From an uncultured Candidatus Saccharibacteria bacterium (GTDB lineage Bacteria > Patescibacteriota > Minisyncoccia > Minisyncoccales > CAYZYK01), in contig CAYZYK010000001.1 in assembly GCA_964482615.1 (NCBI GenBank), positions 2,144 to 66,143 on the forward strand: a stretch of 64,000 bases of DNA, given 5' to 3'. The position numbers and the translations under genes were made by a program. Positions 25,851-35,568 of this stretch are shown one piece after another. Under the pieces are notes generated by a model that searched no databases, was not told the origin of the DNA, and saw nothing but the letters and a program-made list of their open reading frames with translations. Position 1 is the first letter of the stretch. The number at the start of each line of letters is the position of its first letter.

Positions 25851-26540
25851 ATGACCCCCAGAAATAAAAGCAAATATAAAAAGGCGTTTAATCTACGAAT
25901 TAAAGGAAAGAGTTATAGAGAAATAAAAGGAGCTTTGGGAATTCCCAAAAGCACGCTTAGTAGTTGGTTTAAAGGTCTGGAATTGCCTAAATCTGCCCAA
26001 AAGATTCTTAAAGAAAAAGACAAGAAGGGCAGAAAAAAATTATTAGAATTTAATAAAAAACGCAGCTAGAGAATCTATCTTGAAAATCAGAGAATAAGAA
26101 AAAATGTCGCTAACAGAATCAAAGATTTTTCAGAATATGAACTGTTGTTGGTTGGAAGCGCTCTTTATTGGGCAGAAGGATATAAAAAACAACAAAATAC
26201 AAATTCGTCTTGTGTTTGTTTCGTTAATTCTGATCCGGCAATGATTCTTTTGTTTTTGCGATTTCTTCGAAGGATTATCAAAGTTCCCGAAAAAAGAATA
26301 AGGCTATCAATTCAAACACACCCAAATCTTAATAAGAAATCTATTATTAATTTTTGGGCAGGTATAACTAACATTTCTCAAGAACGGATTAGAACTAAAA
26401 GGTGTAAAAGTCGGGCAAGTAAGGGGAAATGTCCCAGAAACACCCTTCCTTATGGTACAGTAGACGTAAGAGTAAGTAAGCGTCAATATTTTTTTAAGAT
26501 TAGGGGATGGATTGATGGAATTAAAAAATTCAATACCTGA
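25851..26540 (+). pseudogene. HTH-containing homing-endonuclease-like gene starting 2 nt after tRNA-Glu, interrupted by a single in-frame TAG. ORFs 25851..26069 and 26145..26540 are in the same frame.
   Basis: N-terminal HTH (SYREIKGALGIPKSTLSSW). TAG at 26067-26069. Read-through gives ...EFNKKRS*RIYLENQRIRKNVANRIKDFSEYELLLVGSALYWAEGYK... (LAGLIDADG-like ...LVGS....EG). 229 aa in total. Family assignment is tentative. Confidence 0.45.
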
Positions 26541-28107
26541 AATAAATTGGTTGTTTGTTTTCTCTTATCATCCTATGTCTAAAAAATACTTAGAAGTTGG
26601 TCATGCTCCAGACTTTGAAGATCCAAAAAGAAAAAACCTTTATCGTTTCTTTGAAATAATTCCTGGGGTTATAAGTTTGGGAACCTTAATTGGGGTTCTC
26701 GTTTTTTCTTGGATTTTGCCGTCATTTGTTGCTATTTTTATAATTCTCTTTTGTTTCTTTTATCTTTGTAAAATCTGTTATTTCTCTATCCACCAAATAG
26801 CAACCTATATTAAAATGAAGAGGAATTTGAAAACTAATTGGCAAAAAAAGCTTAAAGAATTGAAAGACAAAGACTGGAAAGATATTTATCATTTAATAGT
26901 TTTACCAACCTACAAAGAGAAACCAGAGATAATAAAAAGTAGCTTAAATGCTTTGATTGGTTCTGATCATCCTAAAGATAAAATGATTATAGTTCTTGGT
27001 CTTGAAGAAAGAGCAGGTAAAGAAGCTCAGGAAAGGGCAGATGAAATAAAAAAAGAATATGAAGATAGTTTCTATCAGTTCTTAATTACAGTTCACCCAA
27101 AAGATATTCCAGGTGAGCTTGCAGGAAAAGGATCTAATGAAAAGTGGGCTGTAAGAGAAGCGAAAGAAAAAATAATAGACAAATTAAATATTCCTTATAA
27201 AAACATTATCGTTTCAAGTTTTGATATTGACACTAAAGTTTATCCTCGATACTTTTCTTGCTTAACTTATCATTTTTTAACAGTTGAAAATCCACAAAAA
27301 ACAAGTTACCAGCCTGTTCCTGTTTATAACAATAATATTTGGAAAGCTCCTGCTTTCAGTAGATTGGTTGCTACTTCAAACACTTTCTGGCAGATGGTTC
27401 AACAAGGAAGATCAGAGAAACTAGTAACTTATTCTTCCCATTCTATGCCTTTCTGGATATTTGAAGAGGTAGGTTATCCTAACAACATGGTTTCTGATGA
27501 CTCAAGAATTTTTTGGAAATCTTACCTTTATTACAATGGAGATTACAAAGTCGTACCCTTGTATTATCCTGTTTCAATGGATGCTGTTTTGGCTGATAAT
27601 CTTTGGAAGACAATAATAAATCAATACAAACAGCAGAGAAGATGGGCCTGGGGGTGTGAAGAAATACCCTATTTGATATATGGGTTTTTAAAGAACAAAA
27701 AAATTTCTCTTCCAGAAAAATTAAAACATTTGTTTACCATATTAGATGGTTACTGGTCTTGGGCAACATCCACCCTTTTAATATTTATTTTGGGTTGGTT
27801 GCCTTTAATTTTAGGGGGTGAGAAATTCAGTAGAAGTTTACTTTCTTACAACTTACCAAGATTAACAGGGAGGATTATGACTCTTGCTATGATCGGTATG
27901 ATTGTCTCTGCTATTTTAAGTATGCTCCTTTTGCCTCCTCGGCCAGAAGAGACAAGTAAAACGAAATATTTATTTTTATTATTACAATGGGTTCTTTTGC
28001 CTGTTACTTTGATCGTTTTTGGTTCTTTTCCTGCTTTAGATGCCCAAATCCATTTAATGTTGGGAAAATATATGGGATTTTGGGTTACAGAAAAGGCTAG
28101 AAAATAG
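26512..28107 (+). CDS. Membrane-embedded family-2 glycosyltransferase (processive, QxxRW type). True start may be the internal ATG near 26575.
   Basis: 531 aa; multiple TM helices flanking a cytoplasmic GT-A domain (DxD-like SSFDID, QQRRWAWG). Confidence 0.65.
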   Translation: MMELKNSIPEINWLFVFSYHPMSKKYLEVGHAPDFEDPKRKNLYRFFEIIPGVISLGTLIGVLVFSWILPSFVAIFIILFCFFYLCKICYFSIHQIATYIKMKRNLKTNWQKKLKELKDKDWKDIYHLIVLPTYKEKPEIIKSSLNALIGSDHPKDKMIIVLGLEERAGKEAQERADEIKKEYEDSFYQFLITVHPKDIPGELAGKGSNEKWAVREAKEKIIDKLNIPYKNIIVSSFDIDTKVYPRYFSCLTYHFLTVENPQKTSYQPVPVYNNNIWKAPAFSRLVATSNTFWQMVQQGRSEKLVTYSSHSMPFWIFEEVGYPNNMVSDDSRIFWKSYLYYNGDYKVVPLYYPVSMDAVLADNLWKTIINQYKQQRRWAWGCEEIPYLIYGFLKNKKISLPEKLKHLFTILDGYWSWATSTLLIFILGWLPLILGGEKFSRSLLSYNLPRLTGRIMTLAMIGMIVSAILSMLLLPPRPEETSKTKYLFLLLQWVLLPVTLIVFGSFPALDAQIHLMLGKYMGFWVTEKARK

Positions 28108-28108
28108 T

Positions 28109-30214
28109 TTATTCAAAGTGAATTCTTTTTTCAAAATGTTTTACTCTTTCTTTTAGAACAGGGTATTTTTTTAATTCTGGGTTCTCGTCTAAGATTTCTT
28201 TGGCTGACTCTCTGGTTTTTTCAACTAGTTCTGTATTTTTTAAGTTTGCCATAGCCAAATCAGGAATTCCCCATTGACGAGCCCCGTAAAGTTCCCCGGG
28301 TCCCCTTATTTCTAAGTCTTTCTCTGCTAGTTCAAATCCATCTTCTGAATGTTTTAAAGCTTTTAATCTTTTTCTTGTTTTTTTTGTTGTAGAATCAGCG
28401 AGCAAGAAACAATAAGATTGAAATTTTGATCTTCCCACTCTTCCTCTGAACTGATGGAGTTGGGCTAAACCAAATCTATCAGCTCCCTCGATCATCATAA
28501 CGGTGGCTCTTGGAATATCAATTCCAACCTCAACCACCGAAGTCGAAACCAAAATATCAATTGAGCCGGTTTTAAAAGCTCGCATTATTTTCTCTTTTTC
28601 TCTTGTTTTCATTTTTCCGTGTAACATTCCAATTTTTAAATTAGGGAAAACCTCTTCAGATAATTTTTCATATTCTTCTTTTACTGCTTTAACATCTCCC
28701 CAGCCTGTTTTATCCTCTTCTTTTTTAGTTGGTTCAATTCTGGGGCAGATAACGAAAATACCATGTTCTTTTTCAGCTTCTTTTTTGATGAAATTATAGG
28801 TTTCTTTTCTTTTTTTAGGTGAGATAATTTTTGTCTTGACCTTTTTTCTTTCTTTGGGTAGTTCTGTAATTAAAGACAGATCAAGATCACCATAAACAGT
28901 TAAAGCTAGAGTTCTGGGGATTGGGGTTGCCGTCATAGACAAAAGATGAGGGATAAATTCTTTTTGTTCACAAAGCCTTGCTCTTTGTTCGACCCCAAAT
29001 CTGTGTTGTTCATCTACTATTACCAAAGCCAAATCCTTGAATTTAACTTTTTCTTGAATCAAAGCATGAGTTCCTATTAAAATGTTCACTTCTCCTTTCT
29101 TTAATTTTTCCAACAATCTTCTTCTTGAAATTTCCAAGACATCATTTTTTAATTTAACAGTATTTATTTTATCTTGTTTTCCAGTTAAAAATCCTATCTT
29201 CAACTTAAAATCATCTAAAAGTTTTCTTACTTCTCTGAAATGCTGTTTAGCTAAAATTTCAGTTGGAGCCATAAAAGCTACCTGATGACCGGCTTTGGCC
29301 GTGTTTAAAGCGGCCATTGTGGCAACTACAGTTTTACCGCTCCCTACATCTCCCTCAAGCAGTCTTGACATAGGGTATGGTTTTTCTAAATTTTTTAATA
29401 TTTGCCAAGCTGACTTTTTTTGAGAATCAGTGAGGGTGAAAGACAAAGAATCAGTGAATTTTTTCATTAATTCAGCATCTAAAGGACAAGAAATTGCTTG
29501 TTTTTTCTTTATTCTTAGTTTTTCTTTTAAAACAGAGATTTGAATTAAAAAAAGTTCCTCAAAAGCAAATCTCTCTTGAGCTTTCTTTGCTTTTTTTAAA
29601 GAATTAGGAAAATGAATTTGAACTAAAGCTTCTCTGACAGGGATTAAATTGTGCTTTTTCCTTTGTTCTTCTGGCAAGGGATCTTGAATCTTTTCTTTAA
29701 ATTCATCTATTAAGGGTTTAATAATGTATCTTAACCAACGGGAAGATAATCCTTCTGTTGCTGGATAAACAGGAATTATTCTCCCGGTATGAATTAATTT
29801 TTCTTTCTCAAATATTTTTTCATAAATGGGGTTGTTTAAATAAATACCATCCTTTCTTAAGCTTATTTTCCCTGCTAAACAAACAGTTGTTCCTTCCTTT
29901 AGGGTTTTTTCTAAATAAGGTTGATTGAACCATATTACCTTTAAGGGGGCTGTTTTATCTTGAACAATTGCTTCTGTTATAACCATTCTTTTTTTCCAAG
30001 TTCTGGTATTTTTTATCTCTTTTATTTTTCCTTTTATACAAACATTTTTGTTTGGTTTAATTTCTGATATTGAAGAAATATTTGAAAAATCCTCGTAGCG
30101 GTGGGGAAAATGAAAGAGTAAGTCCCGGACTGTTTTTATTCCGAGTTTTTCTAATCTTTTTTGGTATTTTGGACCGATCTGTGATATTTTTTTGATCTGA
30201 GTTGATAACTCCAT
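28109..30214 (-). CDS. recG: ATP-dependent DNA helicase RecG
   Basis: 701 aa; N-terminal wedge domain (LFHFPHRYEDFS), helicase motifs GDVGSGKT, DEQHRFGV, and C-terminal helicase domain. Confidence 0.9.
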   Translation of the reverse strand: MELSTQIKKISQIGPKYQKRLEKLGIKTVRDLLFHFPHRYEDFSNISSISEIKPNKNVCIKGKIKEIKNTRTWKKRMVITEAIVQDKTAPLKVIWFNQPYLEKTLKEGTTVCLAGKISLRKDGIYLNNPIYEKIFEKEKLIHTGRIIPVYPATEGLSSRWLRYIIKPLIDEFKEKIQDPLPEEQRKKHNLIPVREALVQIHFPNSLKKAKKAQERFAFEELFLIQISVLKEKLRIKKKQAISCPLDAELMKKFTDSLSFTLTDSQKKSAWQILKNLEKPYPMSRLLEGDVGSGKTVVATMAALNTAKAGHQVAFMAPTEILAKQHFREVRKLLDDFKLKIGFLTGKQDKINTVKLKNDVLEISRRRLLEKLKKGEVNILIGTHALIQEKVKFKDLALVIVDEQHRFGVEQRARLCEQKEFIPHLLSMTATPIPRTLALTVYGDLDLSLITELPKERKKVKTKIISPKKRKETYNFIKKEAEKEHGIFVICPRIEPTKKEEDKTGWGDVKAVKEEYEKLSEEVFPNLKIGMLHGKMKTREKEKIMRAFKTGSIDILVSTSVVEVGIDIPRATVMMIEGADRFGLAQLHQFRGRVGRSKFQSYCFLLADSTTKKTRKRLKALKHSEDGFELAEKDLEIRGPGELYGARQWGIPDLAMANLKNTELVEKTRESAKEILDENPELKKYPVLKERVKHFEKRIHFE

Positions 30215-30286
30215 GTTTTATTTTTATCCTATTTTTTAGTAAACTATATATTGTAAGATAAATCAAAGTTTAATAAACGAAATAAA

Positions 30287-31249
30287 ATGGAATTTAAAAA
30301 ACACGGTCCTGTATTAACAGCTGAAATTAAAGATAATTTTGGGGTTATATTTAATTGCGGAGCAGCAGAATACAAAGACAAAATTTATTTACTTCCCCGG
30401 GTTATTGAGAAAGGATACAAAAAAAGAAAAAAGGGAGGTTATGATAAGTATATATCAAAAGTTTATTTAGCTGAAAGTGATGATGGAAAAAACTTTAAAA
30501 TATCAAAAAACCCCTTTTTGTCTCCTGGGGAAAATTATGATAAATATGGATGTGAAGACCCACGAGTAACAAAACTGAAAGACAGATTTTTTATAACTTA
30601 TACTGCCCTCTCTCGTCCTGCTTATTCTGGAAAAGGCAAGAGAATAGGGTTAGCCTCAACAAAAGATTTCTCTGAAATTAAGAAACACGGAATCATGGGT
30701 CCGAATATTGAAGACAAAAATACTGTCATTTTCCCGGAGACTATTAAGAGAAAGGTTGTTGTCCTGCATAGAGCAGAACCAGAAATTCAGATAATATTTT
30801 TTGATAGTATTGAAGACTTAATTGCAAACAAAACAGCAGGTTTTTGGGAATCTTACCTTGAGAATATAGAAGATCATCTGTTTTTGAAGAGGGAATATAA
30901 ATGGGAGACAGCTAAAATTGGAGCAGGACCACCACCCATTAAAACAGAGAAAGGATGGCTATTGATATATCACGGTGTTGATTCTGAAGAAGTATACAGA
31001 GCGGGAGTTGTTCTTTTGGATCTTAAAGATCCCCAGAAAATAATTGCAAGAAGCCCAACTCCTATTTTGGAGCCCAGCGAAGATTATGAGAAAGAAGGTC
31101 ATGTTCCTTTTGTTGTTTTTCCAACAGGCGCTGTAATAAAAGGAGGAGATCTTTTCTTATATTATGGCGCAGCAGACGAAAAGTGTTGTCTTGCAACGTG
31201 CAATTTAGAAAAGCTAATAGACTTTCTTCTTAAAAAAAGAAATAAATAA
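30287..31249 (+). CDS. GH130/DUF377-family glycosidase or glycoside phosphorylase (beta-propeller)
   Basis: 320 aa; CEDPRV, FFITYTAL, GWLLIYHGVD, LFLYYGAADE blocks typical of DUF377/GH130. Confidence 0.6.
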   Translation: MEFKKHGPVLTAEIKDNFGVIFNCGAAEYKDKIYLLPRVIEKGYKKRKKGGYDKYISKVYLAESDDGKNFKISKNPFLSPGENYDKYGCEDPRVTKLKDRFFITYTALSRPAYSGKGKRIGLASTKDFSEIKKHGIMGPNIEDKNTVIFPETIKRKVVVLHRAEPEIQIIFFDSIEDLIANKTAGFWESYLENIEDHLFLKREYKWETAKIGAGPPPIKTEKGWLLIYHGVDSEEVYRAGVVLLDLKDPQKIIARSPTPILEPSEDYEKEGHVPFVVFPTGAVIKGGDLFLYYGAADEKCCLATCNLEKLIDFLLKKRNK

Positions 31250-31251
31250 TT

Positions 31252-31941
31252 ATGAAAAAAGATTTAATTGTAATTTCTGTTGGTGGCTCTCTTATTTTCC
31301 CAGAAAAGATCGATATTTCTTTTTTGCAATCTTTCAAAGATATTATTCTGAAACAAATAAAAAAAGGAAAAAGATTTGTTATTGTTTGTGGAGGAGGATC
31401 TTTAGCAAGAAATCTTCAATCAGCCGTTAAATCATTTGAGGGAATTGAAAAAGAAGATGCTGATTGGGTTGGAATTCAAGCCACCATCGTTAACGCTTAT
31501 CTTTTAAAAATAATATTTAAAGAACAAGCTTACCCCGATATTATTAAAGATCCTACCCAGAAAATAAATTTTAAAGAAAAAGTTCTTTTAGCAGCAGGCT
31601 GGAAACCAGGGTTTAGTACAGACCATGATGCTGTCTTGTTGGCTGAGAACTTTGGAACAAAAAAACTGCTTAATCTAACTGACATAAATTATATCTATGA
31701 TAAAGATCCAGATAAGTTTAAAGATGCTGTTCCTCTAAAAAAAATCTCCTGGAAAGACTTCAGGAAACTAGCACCGAAAGAATGGAGCCCTGGTTTGAAC
31801 TTTCCTTTTGATCCTATTGCTGCAAAAAGAGCGGAAGAATTGAACCTTGAAGTTGTTATTATTAACGGAAAGAAACTAGAAAGACTGAAAAATTACTTTG
31901 AAGATAAGGATTTTACAGGAACAGAAATAACTCCAAATTAA
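31252..31941 (+). CDS. pyrH: Amino-acid-kinase-fold enzyme, most like archaeal-type UMP kinase
   Basis: 229 aa; VISVGGSLIFPE, VIVCGGGSLARNL, GIQATIVNAYLL. Confidence 0.55.
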   Translation: MKKDLIVISVGGSLIFPEKIDISFLQSFKDIILKQIKKGKRFVIVCGGGSLARNLQSAVKSFEGIEKEDADWVGIQATIVNAYLLKIIFKEQAYPDIIKDPTQKINFKEKVLLAAGWKPGFSTDHDAVLLAENFGTKKLLNLTDINYIYDKDPDKFKDAVPLKKISWKDFRKLAPKEWSPGLNFPFDPIAAKRAEELNLEVVIINGKKLERLKNYFEDKDFTGTEITPN

Positions 31942-32067
31942 AAATTTAATCTCATCTGGATTTCGTTGCTCTGTTTCATTTCACATTTTTTGTAAAAAGG
32001 AATTAATGTTGATAAGCCTAGAAATTTAGCCAAGTCAGTAACTGTTGAGTAAAAACAATAAAATTAA

Positions 32068-32095
32068 AAAACAGAAGTAAGTTCCTGTTTTTTAA
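32068..32095 (+). terminator. Terminator-like hairpin (AAACAG-N10-CTGTTT followed by TTTT) downstream of the pyrH-like gene
   Basis: Seen in sequence; coordinates approximate. Confidence 0.35.
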
Positions 32096-32213
32096 TCTTG
32101 TGTATCTATACAACGTGGCGCAAACTCACTTTAGCAAAAATCTCTGAAAAATCCAATTCGTCCCGTCCCGCCGCCGCTCACTGACGCTCGTCAGCCCGCG
32201 AAAAGTCATGTTT

Positions 32214-32289
32214 TGGTGCCCTCGATAGGAGTCGAACCTATAGTTACTTCCTCCGCAAGGAAGCGTTTTATCCATTAAACTACGAGGGC
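32214..32289 (-). tRNA. tRNA-Arg (anticodon GCG), CCA encoded
   Basis: GCCCTCG-TA-GTTT-AATGGATA-AAAC-G-CTTCC-TTGCGGA-GGAAG-TAACT-ATAGG-TTCGACT-CCTAT-CGAGGGC-ACCA. Confidence 0.75.
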
Positions 32290-32333
32290 TGAAGCTGTGA
32301 TGTTTTACGCCTTGCACCCTATTTTCTAACTAG

Positions 32334-32420
32334 CGGAGGGGGTGGGACTCGAACCCACAAGGGTGTAAACACCCGCCGGTTTTCAAGACCGGTTCCTTAG
32401 CCAATTCGGAGCACCCCTCC
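32334..32420 (-). tRNA. tRNA-Ser (anticodon UGA), long variable arm
   Basis: Acceptor GGAGGGG/CCCCTCC, anticodon stem CCGGT/ACCGG with loop CTTGAAA, variable CGGGTGTTTACACCCTTGT, T-arm GTGGG-TTCGAGT-CCCAC. Confidence 0.8.
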
Positions 32421-32434
32421 AATATCTATAGGGG

Positions 32435-32523
32435 CGGAGGAGGTGGGACTCGAACCCACAAGCGACTTTTTACACCGCTACGGATTAGCAATCCGCTGCC
32501 TTACCAATTCGGCGCACTCCTCC
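32435..32523 (-). tRNA. tRNA-Ser (anticodon GCU), long variable arm
   Basis: Acceptor GGAGGAG/CTCCTCC, anticodon stem CGGAT/ATCCG with loop TGCTAAT, variable GTAGCGGTGTAAAAAGTCGCTTGT, T-arm GTGGG-TTCGAGT-CCCAC. Confidence 0.8.
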
Positions 32524-32566
32524 TCTTTCCTCTGTATTTTACTTTAAGAAAATCGTAAAGTCAATT

Positions 32567-33232
32567 TTATTCTTCTCTTATTAAGCTGATTCCCCAGACT
32601 TTTTTTATACCTTTTTTCTTTAAGATTTTTACTGTTTTTTCCATTAATTCTTCCTTATTATAAGTATCGTTAACTAAAAAAACCTTCTTATTCTTTATTT
32701 TCTTTAAACTTTGACTTTTTGAGGAAAAACAATTTTTTAAAACAGAAACAAAACAAGAATAATTTTTAAGACTTTTAGACAAAGATTTGGCAATCTCTTC
32801 TGCCTGGTTGAAACCCTTTCTTTTGTTTTCTTTTATGTCTTGGGGGCAGGGAATAATGACACCATTTTTGAAAACTTTCTTAAGTTTTATTCCAGACAAA
32901 AGAAGATGGTCTATTATTAAAGAAGAGAGGGGATGGGATAGCTCTTTAATATAAGGTTCTTTTTTGAATCTTGAAATTAATTTTCTAGCGAGAAAATTCT
33001 TTTTAAAAGAAAGAGCAAAATAGAGACCAGATAATTGTTTTGAAGAACACTTTTTACACTTTCCAGCTCCCTTGATTCTTTTTGGGTTTTTATTACAAAG
33101 ACAATATTGCGTTTCTAGAATATCAAGGGTTGCTTTACAATCTTCACAAAGATAAGTTCCTTCTTTTTTACAACCCAAACAGAATTTAGGAAAGAGAATC
33201 TCTTTTATGAAGTCTACAATCGAATAGATCAT
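32567..33232 (-). CDS. comFC: ComF-family protein (ComFC-like phosphoribosyltransferase with N-terminal Zn finger), competence-associated
   Basis: 221 aa; N-terminal FPKFCLGCKKEGTYLCEDC zinc-finger, C-terminal PRTase-like region (KVFLVNDTYN...). Divergent from pilM. Confidence 0.65.
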   Translation of the reverse strand: MIYSIVDFIKEILFPKFCLGCKKEGTYLCEDCKATLDILETQYCLCNKNPKRIKGAGKCKKCSSKQLSGLYFALSFKKNFLARKLISRFKKEPYIKELSHPLSSLIIDHLLLSGIKLKKVFKNGVIIPCPQDIKENKRKGFNQAEEIAKSLSKSLKNYSCFVSVLKNCFSSKSQSLKKIKNKKVFLVNDTYNKEELMEKTVKILKKKGIKKVWGISLIREE

Positions 33233-33274
33233 TTTGATTTAAAGATTACGAATTTTGAGGTATAATAAAAAAAT

Positions 33275-34339
33275 ATGTTTTTCAATCCTTTTAAATTTCT
33301 TTTTCCCAAAAAATTTGTGGGAGTTGATATTGGAACTTCAGCAATTAAACTTGTTGAAGTTTCCCGTTGGGGAAAAGGAAGAACCCTGGAAAATTATGGG
33401 GAAATAAAATCTCAAGCTCTTTTTGAGGAGCAATTTCGTACTTTTGAAAAAACAACCCATTTAATTTCAGAACAGTTTGTGGGGAGAGCGCTGAAAGCTA
33501 TTCTTAGAGAAGCTAAGATTAAAAACAAGTCAGCCATCTTTACTTTACCTGATTTTTCTACTTTTATCACCACCTTTGAATTGCCCCCAATGACAGAAAG
33601 GGAAATTCCAGACGCTGTTCGTTACACCGCTCCTCGTTATACGCCCCTTCCTTTATCTGAAACTACTTTGGATTGGAAATTAATCGGGGGAACTCCCGGA
33701 GGCAATAATCATCTTAAAATACTTTTAATTGCTATTCCAAACGAAGTTGTTGAAAAATATCAAAAAACAGCAGAATTAGCTGGTCTTGATCTTTATGCTC
33801 TGGAAGCTGAAGTTTTAGCGATAGCAAGGGCTGTGATTAAAAAAGAAAAAGACATTATTTGCTTGGTTGATATTGGGGCTCAAAGCACAACTATAAGTGT
33901 AGTAGACAAAGGTAATTTAAAAAGAAGTTACAGTTCAGAATTTTCCAGTAACAAATTGACTTTTGCTATTAGCTCTTCTTTGAATTTAGATTATGCTGAA
34001 GCAGAAGAGATTAAACAAGAGAAGGGTTTAATCTCTTCTCAAAAAGAAATTAAAAGAAGCCTTTCTCTTTTGATTGATCCTTTTTTAGCTGAGATTGAAA
34101 AAGTTTCAGATGAATTTTCCCGCAAAACAGGAAAAGAGGTTAATAAAATATATTTATCTGGTGGAGGGGCGAATTTGCCAGGATTAAGAGAATATGTGGA
34201 AAAAGAGACAGGAAAAGAAACTAAAGTTCCCAACTGTTTCTCTGATTTACTCTACCCGCCTATTTTAGGAAAAACCTTAAAACAAGTAGGACCTCGTTTT
34301 TCAGCAGCTGTTGGTGTTGCTTTACAGGAACTTCAATAA
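33275..34339 (+). CDS. pilM: Type IV pilus assembly protein PilM (actin-like ATPase fold)
   Basis: 354 aa; VGVDIGTSAIKLVEV, VDIGAQSTTISVV, SGGGANLPGL. Confidence 0.8.
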   Translation: MFFNPFKFLFPKKFVGVDIGTSAIKLVEVSRWGKGRTLENYGEIKSQALFEEQFRTFEKTTHLISEQFVGRALKAILREAKIKNKSAIFTLPDFSTFITTFELPPMTEREIPDAVRYTAPRYTPLPLSETTLDWKLIGGTPGGNNHLKILLIAIPNEVVEKYQKTAELAGLDLYALEAEVLAIARAVIKKEKDIICLVDIGAQSTTISVVDKGNLKRSYSSEFSSNKLTFAISSSLNLDYAEAEEIKQEKGLISSQKEIKRSLSLLIDPFLAEIEKVSDEFSRKTGKEVNKIYLSGGGANLPGLREYVEKETGKETKVPNCFSDLLYPPILGKTLKQVGPRFSAAVGVALQELQ

Positions 34340-34407
34340 TTAAAGTATAGGTTGGATATTTAATCTAGATTATTATATAATGAGTAAAGTAATAAAATAA
34401 ACAAACT

Positions 34408-34959
34408 ATGGCTCCTTGGTATGATTTTCTCTACAAACTAAAGACTAAAGAATATTGGTGGCTAGATTTAGTTCTTTATTTTGTTTTATCTTTGTTAGTT
34501 GCTTCGGTTATTTGTTATTTTCTCTTTGGTCTTAAAATCTCCTTTCAAAAAAAACATCTCCAAGAATTAGACCAGAAAATAGTAGAAACTGGAACGGAAC
34601 AACAAAAGGACCTGGAACAGCAGGTTTTTCGTTTTCAAAGAAAACTAGAAGATTTTACTGTTATATTTGAGGACCATAAAATATCCTCAAACCTATTTGC
34701 TTTAATTGAAAGTTCAACCATTCCTAATGTTTGGTTTTCAAGCTTTGGCCTCAGCTCCCAAGGTTATAGTGTAAGAGTAAGAGGGGACACAGATGATTTC
34801 CAAAGTTTAGCTCGCCAGATTTTTTATTTTGAAGAAAATAAATTAATTAAGGAAGTAAATACATTATCTACAACCTTAACAGAAGATGGAAATATTAATT
34901 TTAGTTTGAGCCTTTTGTTTGAACCGAATCTGTTAAGTCAATTTAAAGGAACAGAATAG
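34408..34959 (+). CDS. pilN: PilN-like bitopic pilus alignment protein
   Basis: 183 aa; single N-terminal TM, coiled coil, periplasmic domain. Placed between pilM and a PilO-like gene. Confidence 0.5.
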   Translation: MAPWYDFLYKLKTKEYWWLDLVLYFVLSLLVASVICYFLFGLKISFQKKHLQELDQKIVETGTEQQKDLEQQVFRFQRKLEDFTVIFEDHKISSNLFALIESSTIPNVWFSSFGLSSQGYSVRVRGDTDDFQSLARQIFYFEENKLIKEVNTLSTTLTEDGNINFSLSLLFEPNLLSQFKGTE

Positions 34960-35025
34960 AAAATTATATTCTTTAAAAAACCTCTTGTATCTGAAACAAT
35001 TACCCAATAAATATTATTTAAGACA

Positions 35026-35565
35026 ATGAAATTAGATAGACCAATCGCTATAGCAGTTATTGTCTTTATTATTTTAGCTGTGATCTTTTATTTCGTTTTG
35101 CCAAGATACAGAGAGATCAGAGAATTTCAAATTAAAATTGCAGAAAAAGAAGCCGAACTAAAAGGAAAAGAAGATTATTTCCGGGGGATAGCTGAAGTCT
35201 ATCAAAAGTTAGTTGAAAATGAAGAGAATATAAAGAAAATTAATACTGCTTTACCCGATAAAATAAATTATCCTGCTCTTATTTCATTTCTTCAAGAAAA
35301 AAGCCAAGAAAATGGTTTAGTCCTAAGAACGGTTAACCTAGGGGGAACTTCCCAAGCCAGAGGAAAGGAGAAACTTAACCAGACTAATTTCTCTCTTCGG
35401 GTTGATGGTTCTTATTCTGCTTTCCGTAACTTTATTTCTAGCCTGGAAAATTCATCCCGAATTATTGAACTAGATAATGTCTCTTTTTCAAGTAGAGCAA
35501 CAAGAACAGAAGAAGAACCGAATATTTATCAATTTAGTTTAGGAATAAGAGTTTATTCTTATTAA
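35026..35565 (+). CDS. pilO: PilO-like bitopic pilus alignment protein
   Basis: 179 aa; N-terminal TM (IAIAVIVFIILAVIFYFVL), coiled coil, C-terminal ferredoxin-like domain; operon context. Confidence 0.5.
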   Translation: MKLDRPIAIAVIVFIILAVIFYFVLPRYREIREFQIKIAEKEAELKGKEDYFRGIAEVYQKLVENEENIKKINTALPDKINYPALISFLQEKSQENGLVLRTVNLGGTSQARGKEKLNQTNFSLRVDGSYSAFRNFISSLENSSRIIELDNVSFSSRATRTEEEPNIYQFSLGIRVYSY

Positions 35566-35568
35566 TCT

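Noticed and set aside
32126-32317. 63-aa minus-strand ORF
   Set aside because: It is entirely explained by tRNA-Arg and its GC-rich 3' flank; not coding.
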